A DNA stretch of 63,994 bases, the filler included, from Sandaracinaceae bacterium (GTDB lineage: Bacteria > Myxococcota_A > Polyangia > Polyangiales > JADJQN01), in assembly GCA_947483975.1 (NCBI GenBank). It is 7 parts of 7 records of this genome, joined end to end, with 100 filler letters (N's around TTAATTAATTAA, not from the genome) between each part and the next. Parts side by side here need not be neighbours in the genome. Positions count along the whole stretch, not along the records: positions 9,260 to 18,390 come from CANKOL010000213.1; positions 18,491 to 27,615 come from CANKOL010000214.1; 5 more parts are not named here. One strand, 5' to 3'. Positions 12,496-22,348 of this stretch are shown one piece after another (the first letter of the stretch is position 1; each line of letters starts with the position of its first letter). The position numbers were made by a program, and so were the translations under genes. Below the pieces are notes generated by a model. The model made no database searches and was not told where the DNA came from. It saw nothing but the letters and a program-made list of their open reading frames with translations.

Positions 12496-14316
12496 CTACT
12501 TCACGCAGTCAGCGAAGCGCGGCTGCGCGGCGGCGTGCCGCTTGTGCACGTCGGCGTAGACCTCGTCGATCATCGCGTCGATCGCCGCGGGCGGCATGAA
12601 CCTCGTGCTGAAGCCGGGCAGGTGCGGGTCGATCGAGCCGCGCACCGCCTCGAGGAAGTCGCCGATCAGCTCGCGCGGCGCCTCGTCGCCCACCGAGATC
12701 CGGATCGTGCTCAGCGTGATGCCCGCCTCCTTCAGCGCCTCGGGGCTGAGCTCCGAGTGCGAGGTCAGCGCCGGGCAGAGCACGAGCGTGTTGCTCTGAC
12801 CGAGCGAGACCATCTGCCCGAACATCGGCGCGAGGGAGTCGAAGAATTCCGCGACCATCACGCGCGACAGCCCCGCCGCCTCGAAGTTGATCGTGAAGAG
12901 CGGCGCCGGCAGCTCGAGATAGGAGAGCTTCTTCGCGATGGCGAAGTTCGGATCTCCCGGGTTCGCGGGGCCGGTGACGGCGACGAGCGGGTGCGACGCG
13001 AGCCAGCGCGCGAAGACCAGCGTGTTGATGCACTTCTTCAGCATCCGCAGCTCGAGCGTCTTCATGCCGGTGAGCACCTCGAACGCCTTGTCCGAGTCGA
13101 GGAACGCGCCCTTGATGTAGTAGACGTTCCAGAAGAGCGTGTCGTGCCAGCTCTTGCCGCTCGGCGTGGTGTCGCCCTTCGGTAGGAACATATCCTCGTT
13201 GCGCCCGATGACGACGCCCGCCGTCGTCGTGCCGTGTCCGGTGAGGTCCTTGGTGTAGCTGTGAATCACGTAGTCGGGGCGCTCCGTCGGGTCGGTGCGC
13301 TGCAGCGGGCGGACGAGGAACGGCGTCCCGACGGTGCTGTCGCAGAGCACGGTGATGCCCTCTGAGTGCGCGAGCTTCGCGATGCCCGGCACGTCGAGGA
13401 ACACCCCGTGCGGATTGCACGGACTCTCCAGATACACATAGATGCGCTTGCCCGCCGCGAGCCGCTTCGCGTACTTCTTCTTCACGGCCTTGAGCGCCTT
13501 CTGGAAGTCGCTGACCGTGAACCCATCGAAGAACACCACGCCGACGTCGAGGTTCGAGCGCTTGCCGAACCAGTCGTGCAGGAGCTGATACGAGCCCCCG
13601 TAGATGTTGCGCGACGAGAGCACGATGTCTTGATAGCCGACGACGTGCGAGAGCGCGGCGTCGATCGCGCCCATCCCCGAGTTGAAGTTCCACGCCATGT
13701 ACTCGCCCGACATCGGCCCAGCCTCGATGTCGACGATGTGATTCGCGAGCGAGATCGACGTAGGGTTCATCAGCCGCGAATAGATCTCGTGGAGGAACTC
13801 CTTGCCTTGAAAGGCATCGTCGATCCACTCCGAGCACGCGAACAAATACGTCGCAGTCCGCGTGATGACGGGAGTCGCCGAGAAGATCGCGGTGACGTTG
13901 TCGAAGACCGGATAAGGCCCCTTCGCCAGCATCGTCGTGTTCGAGTAGCGCAGCGATTGATGCGTCTTTCGTGACGGGTTCTGCAGAGTGTCGAGCAGCT
14001 TCGCGAGCTGGAACGACAAGAACTTCTTCGCGTTGAAGAGCGCGAGGCGGTCCTGCCGCGGAAGGCGGCCGAGCTCGCGCGTCGTCGCCTCCCAGAGCGC
14101 CATCACGTCGCCGTGCGCGGCGTAGAGCTTCTCGGCGAGGGCGAGGAGGGGCTGCCCCGTCGGGCTCTCGGGGTCGATGTGAAAGTGCGCGAGCTGCTCG
14201 AGCGCGAGCTCGTGCAACGTGGTGGCCTGCGTGCTCTTTCGACGCGGGGAGAGGAGCCGTGCCGCGGGGGCCTCGGCCTTGGCGCGCGGCTTCGTCTGGA
14301 CGGGGGGCTTTGCCAT
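12496..14316 (-). CDS. Cys/Met metabolism PLP-dependent enzyme, unusually long
   Basis: YSRLMNPT, FNSGMGAI, YGGS, YLESPCNP, DSTVGTP, HSYTKDLTGHG (PLP Lys), VSLG and IRISVG motifs; start chosen at MAKPP. Confidence 0.85.
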   Translation of the reverse strand: MAKPPVQTKPRAKAEAPAARLLSPRRKSTQATTLHELALEQLAHFHIDPESPTGQPLLALAEKLYAAHGDVMALWEATTRELGRLPRQDRLALFNAKKFLSFQLAKLLDTLQNPSRKTHQSLRYSNTTMLAKGPYPVFDNVTAIFSATPVITRTATYLFACSEWIDDAFQGKEFLHEIYSRLMNPTSISLANHIVDIEAGPMSGEYMAWNFNSGMGAIDAALSHVVGYQDIVLSSRNIYGGSYQLLHDWFGKRSNLDVGVVFFDGFTVSDFQKALKAVKKKYAKRLAAGKRIYVYLESPCNPHGVFLDVPGIAKLAHSEGITVLCDSTVGTPFLVRPLQRTDPTERPDYVIHSYTKDLTGHGTTTAGVVIGRNEDMFLPKGDTTPSGKSWHDTLFWNVYYIKGAFLDSDKAFEVLTGMKTLELRMLKKCINTLVFARWLASHPLVAVTGPANPGDPNFAIAKKLSYLELPAPLFTINFEAAGLSRVMVAEFFDSLAPMFGQMVSLGQSNTLVLCPALTSHSELSPEALKEAGITLSTIRISVGDEAPRELIGDFLEAVRGSIDPHLPGFSTRFMPPAAIDAMIDEVYADVHKRHAAAQPRFADCVK

Positions 14317-14439
14317 GGCGGCAACCTCGCACAGATCGCTGGGCAAGTCTGGGGTCGCGACCGCGTTGATGCGTGCATCCGCGCGCGGCCTGGGCGATAC
14401 TCTCGGCAACGTGCGCAGGGACACAATCGGGAGCGCTCC

Positions 14440-15801
14440 GTGAACGATTCAACCAGCCTCGACCCGATGGACTTGCACGTGGACGTGGAAGCGCTGCGGG
14501 CGTCGAAGGCCGCCCTCCGGCAGCGCAACGAGGAGCTCGAGATCCTCAACGGCCTGCTCGTTCGCACGGGGCGCTCGCTCAGCGTGAACGACGTCCTCGA
14601 TGGGCTGCTGACGACCTCGCTCACGCTGGTCGGGCCGACGGCGTCGGGCGGCATCTTCCTCCTCGACAGCGCGCGCCGCGAGCTGCGCCTCGCCGCCCAT
14701 CGGGGGCTCTCGGAGGCGTTTCTCGCGAGCGAGTCGAGCGTCCAAGTCGGCGAGTGCCTCTGCGGCGCGGTCGCCCTCTCAGGAAACGTGCTGATCTCGG
14801 GCTGCTCCACGGACGACGCGCGGCACACGATCGTTCACGATCGAATGCCGCACGGGCACGTGATCATCCCCCTGCTCGCCCACGAGGAGGTCCTCGGCGT
14901 CCTCTTCCTCTACACCGACGCGCACACCAAATTCACGCCGGAGCGCGAGCGGCTCTTCGGCATGATGGGACGTCAGATCGGCATCGCGCTCGAGAACGCG
15001 CAGCTCTTTCAGGCGACGCACTCCGACCTGCACGTCAAGCTCGCGGAGCTGACGCGAGCGCTCGCCGCCGTCGAGAAGGAGCGCGCGCGCGCCGAGGAGA
15101 GCGAGCGCTCCAAGGGCGAGCTGATGGCGATGGTCTCGCACGACCTGCGGTCACCGCTCACCGTCGTGCTCGCGGAGGCGAGCGACACCAGCGCCTGCAA
15201 CGCACCGGAGTGTCGGGAGTCGCGCGAGAGCATTCGCCTGTCCGCGCGCCGGATGACCGCGATGATCAACGACGTCGTCGACTCCGCGCGGCTCGAGGCG
15301 GGAGTGCTGACGCTGCGGCGCGAGCCGATCCTCGTCGGGCAGGTGCTCACGGAGCTGGTGCAGCGCGGGTACTCCGCGGGGGATCGGCGGCGACTGCAGC
15401 TGACGCTCGAGCCCGCGCCGCTGACCATCCTCGGGGACCGCTCCTGGCTCGAGCGGGCCATCCTCAACATCGTGGGCAACGCGCTCAAGTTCGCGCCCGT
15501 CGACACGCTCGTGGCGCTGCGGCTCAGCGCCGACGCGGAGGGACTCCTCCTCGAGGTCGTCGATCACGGCCCGGGGATTCCCCCTGCGGAGCTGCCGTTG
15601 CTGTTCAAACGATTCTTCCGCGCGTCCAACACGCATCGCGTGCACGGCTCGGGGCTCGGCCTCAACATCGCTCGGCTCGTGATCGAGGCGCACGGTGGTC
15701 GGGTCGACGTGAGCAGCGTGCTCGGGCAGGGAGTGACCGTCGCGATTCGCCTGCCGCTGACCGCCGCGCGCGCCGCGGTGAGCAGCGCGGTTCAGCCTTA
15801 G
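14440..15801 (+). CDS. Cytoplasmic GAF-domain sensor histidine kinase
   Basis: GAF domain, H-box SHDLRSPL, N-box NIVGNALKF, DHGPGI and GSGLGL. Start is GTG 14440 or ATG 14467. Confidence 0.9.
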   Translation: MNDSTSLDPMDLHVDVEALRASKAALRQRNEELEILNGLLVRTGRSLSVNDVLDGLLTTSLTLVGPTASGGIFLLDSARRELRLAAHRGLSEAFLASESSVQVGECLCGAVALSGNVLISGCSTDDARHTIVHDRMPHGHVIIPLLAHEEVLGVLFLYTDAHTKFTPERERLFGMMGRQIGIALENAQLFQATHSDLHVKLAELTRALAAVEKERARAEESERSKGELMAMVSHDLRSPLTVVLAEASDTSACNAPECRESRESIRLSARRMTAMINDVVDSARLEAGVLTLRREPILVGQVLTELVQRGYSAGDRRRLQLTLEPAPLTILGDRSWLERAILNIVGNALKFAPVDTLVALRLSADAEGLLLEVVDHGPGIPPAELPLLFKRFFRASNTHRVHGSGLGLNIARLVIEAHGGRVDVSSVLGQGVTVAIRLPLTAARAAVSSAVQP

Positions 15802-16703
15802 AGCGACGGTCGGTTCCGCTCGTCTTCGTTGTCGGGCTCGACGTGGATCACCACGTCGACGACGCCCTCGTGCTGCTTGCAGAGCCAGTGTTCGAGGTCG
15901 TAGGCGATCTTGTGGCCGTCCTCGACGGTCATCAGCGGATCGACGAGGATGCTCATGTCCATGTGGATGATGGCGCCCGTGCCGCGTGAGCGGATGTGGT
16001 GGCAGCCTTTGACACCCTCGAACGCGAGGACGGTCTTCATCACGTCGTGCGGGTTGAGGCGCTGCTGATCGGAGAACGTCGTGTTGACGCCCTTGAAGAC
16101 CTCGATCGCCGCCCAGACGATCGCGATGGCGACGAAGAGCCCGACGATCGGGTCGGCGATGGGCACACCGACCTTGACGAGCACGAGCGAGACGAGGACT
16201 CCGAGCGTCACCCAGATATCCGAGAGCGTGTGTTTGGCGTCGGACTGCAGCACATCACTGCCGAGCTCCTTGCCGCGCTTCGTCTCGAACCACACCACGA
16301 AGACGTTGATGGCGAGCGTCGTCAGCATCACCGCGAACGAGGTGATGCTGACCTCGATCTTCGGGAGCGTGCCGCTGTGCGCGAAGGCCATCAGCGCGGC
16401 GGCCGAGCCGCTGAAGACCTTCCACGCCGCGAGGCAGAGCATGATCCCGATGATCGCGCTCGCGAAGGACTCGTACTTGTGGTGGCCGTACGGATGGTCC
16501 TTGTCGGGCGGCTTGCTCGCCGCGCCCATCGCGATGAGGGCGACGATGTTGCCCGAGCCGTCCGTGAACGAGTGAATGCCGTCGGCGAACATCGCGGTCG
16601 AGCCGCTGATCAGGCCCCACGCGGCCTTGCCCACGGCGACGAGCACGTTCAACACCAAGATCTGCCAGAGCACCTTCTTGATACCGGCGTTGCGGACCTC
16701 CAC
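15798..16703 (-). CDS. Cation diffusion facilitator (FieF-like) metal transporter
   Basis: ADGIHSFTD, PPDKDHPYGHHKYE, DAKHTLSD and C-terminal IHVEP. Confidence 0.92.
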   Translation of the reverse strand: MEVRNAGIKKVLWQILVLNVLVAVGKAAWGLISGSTAMFADGIHSFTDGSGNIVALIAMGAASKPPDKDHPYGHHKYESFASAIIGIMLCLAAWKVFSGSAAALMAFAHSGTLPKIEVSITSFAVMLTTLAINVFVVWFETKRGKELGSDVLQSDAKHTLSDIWVTLGVLVSLVLVKVGVPIADPIVGLFVAIAIVWAAIEVFKGVNTTFSDQQRLNPHDVMKTVLAFEGVKGCHHIRSRGTGAIIHMDMSILVDPLMTVEDGHKIAYDLEHWLCKQHEGVVDVVIHVEPDNEDERNRPSL

Positions 16704-16760
16704 CTGGCCTCCTTCGGCAGCGACGACCCGCTCTCCACTAGCACCGATGCGCGCCTGCGG

Positions 16761-18302
16761 TCAGTCGTCGTCGTCGTCCGGCTCGCCCGGCGTGGCGATG
16801 TGGAGCCCGTATTTCTTCATCAGCTTGCGGAAGTACTTTCGATCGATGTCGGACTCGCGCGCGGCGTGCGAGATGTTGTTGCCGTTCTTGCGCAGCAGGC
16901 TGGCGATGTAGTCGCGCTCGAACGACGACACCCAGCGCTCCTTGGCGTCCTTGAACGTGCCCTCGATCGCGGCCGCCGAGGGCGGGCTCGAGTCGCGCGC
17001 GGGCGGGACCGACGCGGGGCGCGGCGGGGGGATCGACGGCGCGCGCGCCGAGGCGCTCTCTTCGCGAAACAACGGCGCCGTCCCGAGCCCCTTCGCGCTG
17101 AAGGCGTCGCGCTGCGCGGCGACGTGATCGGGCAGGTCGCGCACCTCCACGGTGTCGGTGTCCGCGAAGCTGACGGCGCGCTCGACGACGTTGTGCAGCT
17201 CGCGCACGTTGCCCGGCCAGGTGTAGTCGTGGAGGCGGTCCATCGCCTCGCGCGAGACCTGCGCGACCTTGCGCTCGCCGTCGCGCCCGCGGTTGAAGTG
17301 CGAGCTCTTGAGGAAGTGCCGCACGAGCAGCGGGATGTCCTCGCGCCGATCGCGCAGCGGTGGGAGCATCACGCGCACGACGCTCAGCCGGTAGAACAGA
17401 TCCTCGCGGAAGCGCCCCTGTCGCACCTCCTCTTCGAGGTTGCGGTTGGTCGCGGCGATGATCCGCACATCGACCTTCTGAGGGCGCGTCCCGCCGACGC
17501 GCTTGACCTCGCGCTGCTCGAGCACGCGCAGCAGCTTCGGCTGCATCTCGAGCGCGAGCTCGCCGAGCTCGTCGAGGAACACCGTGCCGCCGTTGGCCAT
17601 CTCGAAGACGCCCTGCCGCGTCTGGATCGCGCCCGTGAACGCGCCCTTCTCGTGCCCGAAGAGCTCGCTCTCGATCAGGTTCTCCGGCACGGCGCTGCAG
17701 TCGAAGACGATGAACGGGCCCTCGCGGCGCCGCGACTCCTGGTGCGTCGTGCGGGCGACGACCTCCTTGCCGGTGCCGGTCTCGCCTTCGATGATCACCG
17801 TCGCGTCCGTCGGCGCGATCTTCTCGAGGATCGTGTACAGCTCGCGGATCTTCGCGTTGCGCCCGATGATCTCGCCGAAGCGCTGCTTGTCCGAGGGCAC
17901 GATGCGGACGCGCTCGTCGACGGGCGCGAAGCGCATCTCCGTCTTGCCGAGCGTGATCGAGCAGTCCGGGCGCAGGAACGCCTCGCGGATGCGCACGCGG
18001 TTGACGAAGGTGCCGTTCGTCGAGTTGAGGTCGGCGATCATGTAGTGCTCGCCCTCGTGCCAGATCTTGCAGTGATTGCGGCTGACGGTGTCGTCCTCGA
18101 GGGCGATGTCGTTGTCGCCCATCGCGCCGATCGTCACGACGTCCTTGTCGAAGACGTGGGTCTGCACGGCGCCGTCGTACGAGACGGCGACCTGCAGACG
18201 CCGGAGCGTCAGCGTCGCCGGACGCCCGTCGATGTAGGTGATCTTGGTGGCGTTGGAGCCATCGGGGAACTCAGGCGGCTCTTGCGGGGCGGACGTCGAC
18301 AT
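16761..18302 (-). CDS. FHA-domain sigma54 enhancer-binding protein
   Basis: FHA ([13 protein letters not shown]), [29 protein letters not shown] and Fis-type HTH. Confidence 0.95.
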   Translation of the reverse strand: MSTSAPQEPPEFPDGSNATKITYIDGRPATLTLRRLQVAVSYDGAVQTHVFDKDVVTIGAMGDNDIALEDDTVSRNHCKIWHEGEHYMIADLNSTNGTFVNRVRIREAFLRPDCSITLGKTEMRFAPVDERVRIVPSDKQRFGEIIGRNAKIRELYTILEKIAPTDATVIIEGETGTGKEVVARTTHQESRRREGPFIVFDCSAVPENLIESELFGHEKGAFTGAIQTRQGVFEMANGGTVFLDELGELALEMQPKLLRVLEQREVKRVGGTRPQKVDVRIIAATNRNLEEEVRQGRFREDLFYRLSVVRVMLPPLRDRREDIPLLVRHFLKSSHFNRGRDGERKVAQVSREAMDRLHDYTWPGNVRELHNVVERAVSFADTDTVEVRDLPDHVAAQRDAFSAKGLGTAPLFREESASARAPSIPPPRPASVPPARDSSPPSAAAIEGTFKDAKERWVSSFERDYIASLLRKNGNNISHAARESDIDRKYFRKLMKKYGLHIATPGEPDDDDD

Positions 18303-18390
18303 ACGCGCCGCGACGTTACTCGCGCGCGCCCGATGGGGTCAACGGTCACCAGCCTGAACGTCGAAGAGAACGTGCGTCAGCGCGGCGGCG

Positions 18391-18490
18391 NNNNNNNNNN
18401 NNNNNNNNNNNNNNNNNNNNNNNNNNNNNNNNNNTTAATTAATTAANNNNNNNNNNNNNNNNNNNNNNNNNNNNNNNNNNNNNNNNNNNN
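18391..18490. other. Artificial contig linker
   Basis: N44-TTAATTAATTAA-N44. Confidence 0.99.
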
Positions 18491-19606
18491 CCCGCGCCGA
18501 GCTCGCCGCTGCCCGACGTCCACGGGGCGCCCATGTCCCCGACGATGTCCGCGGGCAGCGGCTCCCCGCCCGCGACTCCGCCGACGGCGGCGACGCCGCG
18601 CGACTCGTCCTCGTGGAACGCGCTGCCGATCCTCAGCTACTCGCGGGAGACGGAGCTCGCGTTCGGCGGCTTCGCGGTGCGGTACTTCCGCATCGGGGAC
18701 GCCCCGCCGGAGAGCCGACCGTCGTTCCTCGCCGCCGCGGTGACGATCTCGACGCGCGCGCAGGTCTTCGCGGACGTGTACCCGGAGCTCTGGTGGGATC
18801 ACGAACGCTGGCTCGTCAGCGGGCAGCTCGCGTATCGCCGCATCCCCGACTACTTCTTCGGCATCGGCAACGACACCCGCGCCGCCGACCGCGAGCAGTA
18901 CACGCTGCACACCTTCTGGTCGCGCTTCGATCTGCGCTATCGCGCGTGGAAGGCGCTCTTCGTCGGCGCGCGGCACGAGCTGCAGTGGCACGAGCTGCGC
19001 GACCTCGAGCACGCGCCGCTGCTCTCGTCGGGCACGGTCCGCGGCGCAGAAGGCGGCGTCCGGCACGGCGTCGGACCGACGCTCGTGTGGGACTCGCGCG
19101 ACAACACGCTCGCGCCGCACGGCGGGCTCTACTACCAGGCGTCCTTCCTCGTGTTTGGGGGCTTCCTCGGCAGCGACTACGACTACGCGCGCCTGACGCT
19201 CGACGCGCGGCACTACCTCGCCCTCGCGCCGACGCAGACGCTCGCGGTCGAGGTCTTCCTCGACGCGCTCGCGGGCGATGTGCCCTTCAATCAGCTCGCG
19301 CAGCTCGGCGGCGTGGTCCGGATGCGTGGGTATTACGAGGGGCAATATCGGGATAAGTCGTACGCCATGGCGCAGGTGGAATACCGCGTGATGCCGCTCT
19401 TCTGGAGGCTCGGCGCGGTCGTGTTCGCGGGGCTCGGCGAGGTCTCGGAGCGGTGGCGAGACTTCAGCCTGGAGGGCCTAAAATGGGCTGTCGGCGCGGG
19501 GCTGCGGTACGCGCTCAACGTGGAAGAGCGCATCCATGTGCGGCTCGACGCAGGCGTCGGCCCAGGGACCTGGGGCGTCGACGTGAACATCCTCGAGGCC
19601 TTCTAG
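18491..19606 (+). CDS. Omp85/BamA-TamA family beta-barrel protein, 5' truncated
   Basis: Frame is open from the contig edge; WDSRDN, LGG..RMRGY and C-terminal Phe; no POTRA domain visible. Confidence 0.8.
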   Translation, partial: PAPSSPLPDVHGAPMSPTMSAGSGSPPATPPTAATPRDSSSWNALPILSYSRETELAFGGFAVRYFRIGDAPPESRPSFLAAAVTISTRAQVFADVYPELWWDHERWLVSGQLAYRRIPDYFFGIGNDTRAADREQYTLHTFWSRFDLRYRAWKALFVGARHELQWHELRDLEHAPLLSSGTVRGAEGGVRHGVGPTLVWDSRDNTLAPHGGLYYQASFLVFGGFLGSDYDYARLTLDARHYLALAPTQTLAVEVFLDALAGDVPFNQLAQLGGVVRMRGYYEGQYRDKSYAMAQVEYRVMPLFWRLGAVVFAGLGEVSERWRDFSLEGLKWAVGAGLRYALNVEERIHVRLDAGVGPGTWGVDVNILEAF

Positions 19607-19657
19607 CCGCGGGTGGTGCTACGTTCCGCGAGTCGACACGCCAACGGGGGTCTCTCC

Positions 19658-20296
19658 ATGGAACACTTCGAACGCAGGACGTACGCGAGCAGTGCACGCA
19701 CGATGCTCCTCGCGGGGGGCTGTCTCGCTGGAAGCTGTCTGCTCGCCGCCTGCGGCGGAGGCACCGCCCACACCCACCGCGTCGGGCCGATCATGCGCAC
19801 CGCCGAGGTCGAGACCGAGGCGCCGCCCGTCACGAGCGCGCAGCATGCGCACGGCGACAACCAAGCGAGCGCCCGCATGGGCGGCCCTGGCGGCGACCTC
19901 GCGCTCGCGAATGGCGCGCGCCTCGTCGTCCCCGCGGGCGCGCTCGACGCGGACGTCGAGGTGATGCTCGGCCTCGGCGAGCCCGTGACCGCCTTCAACA
20001 ACCACGACGACGAGAAGGTCGTCGGCCCGTCGCTCGTCATCGCGCCGGAGCTCGCGTCGGCGAACAGCGCGCCCTTCGTCGTGGAGCTTCCCTTCACGAA
20101 CCTGCCCGAGGGCTTCACGGAGGCGGACATCGCCGTCGCCTTCGAGAGCACCGACGACGACGCCAGCGGCTTCCGCGGCGGCGCCGTGCGCACCACCTGG
20201 GAGCACGCCCCCGCGCGCATCACCGCCGATCACAAGCTGCGCGCCGAGTTCGTGCACGCGCCCGGGATGCGCGTGCAGTTCGTCGTGTCGAACTGA
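19658..20296 (+). CDS. Hypothetical lipoprotein, possible ZU5-like domain
   Basis: Lipobox LAAC; MGGPGGDLALANGARLVVPAGAL resembles the ZU5 N-terminal motif. Confidence 0.6.
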   Translation: MEHFERRTYASSARTMLLAGGCLAGSCLLAACGGGTAHTHRVGPIMRTAEVETEAPPVTSAQHAHGDNQASARMGGPGGDLALANGARLVVPAGALDADVEVMLGLGEPVTAFNNHDDEKVVGPSLVIAPELASANSAPFVVELPFTNLPEGFTEADIAVAFESTDDDASGFRGGAVRTTWEHAPARITADHKLRAEFVHAPGMRVQFVVSN

Positions 20297-20375
20297 AGCG
20301 CGCGCGGGGCGCACCGCGTCGGCAACGCCCCCTCCATTGCCGCGCCGCACCGCTCCGGCTAACGTGCGCGCGCCC

Positions 20376-21233
20376 ATGACGGTTCGTGACCTCGGATATC
20401 GCGCCTACGAAGGCACCCGGCTGCCCGCGTCGCACAACACCTGGGTCATGATCCGGCACAGCCTCCGGCGCGCCTGGGCGTCGTGGCTCGTGAAGCTGCC
20501 GGTGTTCTTCTGCCTCGGGACGCCGATCGTGCTCGGCATCTACTACTTCGTCGCGGGCGTGTTGATGTCGCGGCAGACGGGCGAGGCGTTCGACGCCGCG
20601 CCGCTCGTCCGCACGCTCGTCACGACGCAGATGTGGCTGTTTCTGCCGTTCATCACGCTCGGCGCGGGCGCCGGCGCCATCGCGCAGGACGCCGTGCACC
20701 GCGCGTTTCAGTTCTACTTCGCCAAGCCCGTGACGCCGGTGCAGTACCTCGTCGGGCGCGTGTCGGCGGTGGCGTTCTACTCCGCGCTCGTCGTGCTGAT
20801 CCCTGGGCTGATCCTGATCGGGCTGATGGTCGCGTACGGCGCGCCGAGCGACGAAGTGCGACTCGAGCGCGCGGGCTATGTGCTGCCGTTCTTCCTGTCG
20901 ACGCTGATCGTCTCGTTCGTGATGGCGTCGGTATCCGTCGGGATCTCGTCGCTGTCCAAGAGCCGCGCGCTGACGATGAGCAGCTGGATCCTGATGCTCG
21001 TGGTGCCGCACGTGATCGCCGGCGCCATCTCGCTGATCGCGCACAACGACTGGGTCTTCCTCGGCTCGATGGCGGGGCTGCTCGACGTGCTCTTCGACGC
21101 GCTCTTCAAGAGCCCGAAGGACGCGTCGTCGCACCTCGAGTGGTGGCACGCCGCGCCGCTGCTCGCGCTGCTGACGGGCGGCTCGCTCTGGCTCGCACAC
21201 TGGCGCCTCACCCGCGCGGAGGTGATCACGTGA
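20376..21233 (+). CDS. ABC-2 type transporter permease
   Basis: About six TM helices, YFAKPVTPVQYLVGR motif; stop overlaps the ATPase start (GTGA). Confidence 0.85.
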   Translation: MTVRDLGYRAYEGTRLPASHNTWVMIRHSLRRAWASWLVKLPVFFCLGTPIVLGIYYFVAGVLMSRQTGEAFDAAPLVRTLVTTQMWLFLPFITLGAGAGAIAQDAVHRAFQFYFAKPVTPVQYLVGRVSAVAFYSALVVLIPGLILIGLMVAYGAPSDEVRLERAGYVLPFFLSTLIVSFVMASVSVGISSLSKSRALTMSSWILMLVVPHVIAGAISLIAHNDWVFLGSMAGLLDVLFDALFKSPKDASSHLEWWHAAPLLALLTGGSLWLAHWRLTRAEVIT

Positions 21234-22348
21234 GCGCGCAACCCGCAGACCCGAGCGCTGACGCGAGCGCGCAGCCGAGCGAGAAGAACGTCGAAGAGAA
21301 GGAGCCCTCGATCCGCTCCGTGCGGCTGTCGAAGTGGTACGGGCGCGTCACCGCGCTGCAGGACGTCTCCCTGCACCTCGAGCCGGGCGTGTGGGGCCTG
21401 CTCGGGCCGAACGGCTCGGGCAAGACGACGTTCCTCCGCCTCGCCGCGGGCCAGCTTCGACCGTCGCTCGGCGATGTGCGCGTGTGCGGGCTGCGGCCCT
21501 TCGGCAACGTGAACGCGCTCCGCCGCATCGGGCTCTGCCCCGAGGCGGACGCGATGTACGACGACCTCTCGGCGCTCGAATTCGTGTCCTCGATGGCGGA
21601 GCTGAGCGGCTACTCGCGCAAAGAGGCGGGCGAGCGCGCAGAGGCGGCGCTCGACGCGTTCGGCCTGAAGAAGGCGATGGAGCGCAAGGTCGGCGGCTAC
21701 AGCCGCGGGATGCGGCAGCGCGCGAAGCTCGCGCAGTCCGTCGTGCACGAGCCGGATGTGCTGCTGCTCGACGAGCCGCTGACGGGCACCGATCCGACGT
21801 CCCGCGCGGTGATCCTCGAGCAGCTTGCCGCGCGCGCCGCGGCGGGCGCCGTCGTGCTCTTCTCGACGCATGTGCTGCACGAGGTCGAGGCGCTGACCGA
21901 CCGCGTGCTCCTGATCGCGCGCGGACAGGTCGTCGCGCAGGGGCGCGTGCACGAGATCCGCGATCTGCTCGAGGAGCACCCGCATCACGTCCGCGTGATC
22001 TGCGACCGCCCGCGCGACCTCGCCGCGGCCGTGCTCACGGATCCAGGCGTCCTCGGCGTGCGCTTCCCGGTGCCGGACGGCGTGGAATTCGAGACGCGCG
22101 AGCCCGATCGGACATACGCGAAGATCGCGAAGATCGCCGTCGAGGGGAAGTACAAGGTCTCGTCGCTGACGAGCCCGGACGCGACGCTCGAGGCGCTCTT
22201 CCACTACCTCGTCGAGCGCAGCGGCCGCATGGCCGGCACCGGCTCGGACGCCGCGAGCGGCAGCGCGACGCCCTACGCCTCGCAGAAGCTCGCGCCGGGC
22301 GCGCAGGCGGCCAAGCCCGCGGCGCCCACGAAGGAGGCCCGCCGATGA
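21230..22348 (+). CDS. ABC transporter ATP-binding protein
   Basis: GPNGSGKT, YSRGMRQR signature, LLLDEP and STH; GTG start overlaps the upstream stop. Confidence 0.93.
   Translation: MSAQPADPSADASAQPSEKNVEEKEPSIRSVRLSKWYGRVTALQDVSLHLEPGVWGLLGPNGSGKTTFLRLAAGQLRPSLGDVRVCGLRPFGNVNALRRIGLCPEADAMYDDLSALEFVSSMAELSGYSRKEAGERAEAALDAFGLKKAMERKVGGYSRGMRQRAKLAQSVVHEPDVLLLDEPLTGTDPTSRAVILEQLAARAAAGAVVLFSTHVLHEVEALTDRVLLIARGQVVAQGRVHEIRDLLEEHPHHVRVICDRPRDLAAAVLTDPGVLGVRFPVPDGVEFETREPDRTYAKIAKIAVEGKYKVSSLTSPDATLEALFHYLVERSGRMAGTGSDAASGSATPYASQKLAPGAQAAKPAAPTKEARR

Noticed and set aside
14317..14439. Possible SAM riboswitch before the Cys/Met PLP enzyme
   Set aside because: Short divergent spacer with no recognisable SAM-I or SAM-II consensus.
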